Shown one piece after another: positions 62,676 to 64,000 of a DNA stretch of 64,000 bases. Under the pieces are notes generated by a model. It worked only from the letters and a program-made list of their open reading frames with translations. It was not told the DNA's origin and ran no database searches. The position numbers were made by a program, and so were the translations under genes. Positions within the stretch are counted from its first letter, which is position 1, and each line of letters opens with the position of its first letter. The stretch comes from Botryllus schlosseri. Taxonomy: Eukaryota. The DNA lies in NCBI GenBank assembly GCA_051294905.1, contig CM119373.1, positions 30,442,001-30,506,000 of the forward strand, read 5' to 3'.

Positions 62676-63974
62676 CAGCGGTTCTCAACCTTTTTTGGAC
62701 ATGCGGCCCCCTTGGGGATGGTCGAAAATATTGCGCCCCCCCCCCCCCCCCCCCCCCCGACCCCCCTACACTTTTCGTCATGTCTAAAAGAGCACATCAT
62801 CTAATACAGAGGTAGGCAACCTTTTTGCTAATCACGGCCCATTTCGATTACTTATGTAGCCCAAGGCCGCATTCCAGGGCATAGCCGTAATGAACTAACT
62901 GGACTCAAAATACCTAATCTGTCCATATCCATTGCCGGTGAACTCTGGAGTCCGGACTATTATACTTTTAACAAAAGCCTTTTGTACGTACCACCGAAAT
63001 CGCGAGTCGCAATGTTATGAATAGATGTTGGGATTGTTTATTGTCGCGCCGAGCGCGAAAACTTTTCAGATTCACGAATGAATTCCGTAACTAATAGTAG
63101 CAGTATCACATATTATTATCAAATATTTATTCTCTTTTAGCCCATGTGATCAGATACACCGGTAGGGTTCATTGAGAGAGTGCTTTTGAAAATTTAGGGC
63201 AAGTTATAAATGATAATGCATCTTCGGGGGGGGGGGGCCAAATGTTATTAGTCACTTGGTTGTATGCTGTTATTTCTTGACCCCCGATCAGGATTGTCGA
63301 TTGTATCGGTAGTGGAAATATAATAAAATCGTCCAAATGTACCATAAACAAATTTCTTTCGTGAGGAGCACACGATTCCGGCTCAGAGTGAGAAGGGCGC
63401 TAATATATTAAAATCGAAAAATCAAGTTATGTTGAATTGCGTGGAGTGTGAAGAAAATTTAAAGATTATTTAAAATCTCTCAAAATTCGGGAGTGAATTT
63501 GTAATTTCAATTTGCATGTCCACGGATGCCAACACATACTTATTGAATTAGGTGTCGACGGTCGCACTAATTCCCATCTACAGCAACAGGTTGCCCTTCC
63601 CTGATCTAATAGTATAGATATGGTATGTCTTACGCCCAGTTTGAATCCGCATTCCAGTTGTTGAGTCTTTAACATTTCTGACAAATTTCCCCAAACTTAT
63701 GGGAAATGCGCCAAATTTTCAAAGAATATCAAAAATTTGCTCAAATGAAGTTGAAATCAGCCTATACTCCGTTGAGCGCGACTGCTGGAGTTGGAATTTG
63801 GCGAGATTTCTCGAATGCGAAATAAGTTTCATCTTTAACAATAGTCGTCATATCAGAATGATTGTGAAGCACATTCTTAGTCAGAATTCATGCAGACGTG
63901 GTCAATTTTTCGCGCCCCCCTGAGAGCTTCCCGCACCCCCAAGGGAGGCGCGCTCCCCAGGTTGAGAACCCCTG
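62676..63974. mobile_element. hAT non-autonomous element, about 1.3 kb
   Basis: Ends CAGCGGTTCTCAACC and GGTTGAGAACCCCTG; perfect TSD CTTAAGAC. Confidence 0.88.
62807..63603. mobile_element. hAT MITE nested in the 62676 element
   Basis: Ends CAGAGGTAGGCAACC and GGTTGCCCTTCCCTG; perfect TSD ATCTAATA. Confidence 0.85.
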
Positions 63975-64000
63975 CTTAAGACAGTAGATATCGAGTATGT

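Overview
This is AT-rich metazoan genomic DNA: spliceosomal introns (several only 52-62 nt) and dense transposon debris. A marine invertebrate, possibly a tunicate, is an inference from style only. Two complete spliced genes were reconstructed by hand on the minus strand, with reading phase consistent at every junction. (1) A 19-coding-exon adhesion GPCR (CDS 57176 to 32833, about 872 aa): signal peptide, divergent C-type-lectin-like domain, Ser/Thr mucin stalk, HormR-like module, GAIN/GPS and 7TM. Its last intron uses a GC donor. (2) About 6 kb downstream, a 6-exon secreted fibrinogen-related protein (26889 to 24395, 264 aa) lacking the usual N-terminal part of the FReD domain. A two-exon 42-aa secreted peptide candidate lies at 5609 to 5372. 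The rest is mobile DNA. A decayed 3.8-kb PIF/Harbinger element keeps TIRs, a TTA TSD, a Myb/SANT pseudogene and a transposase relic. A young Penelope-like family carries a minimal hammerhead ribozyme motif; one copy forms a perfect 224-bp inverted repeat inside the GPCR. At least seven hAT-type MITE families occur, most with readable 8-bp TSDs, nested up to three deep and re-using the same target sites. There are also LINE 3' ends, tRNA-SINEs, hAT and Chapaev/Transib-like transposase relics, and a telomere-like G-rich/C-rich foldback. Most entries in the supplied ORF track are spurious. All homology calls come from motif recognition, not database searches.
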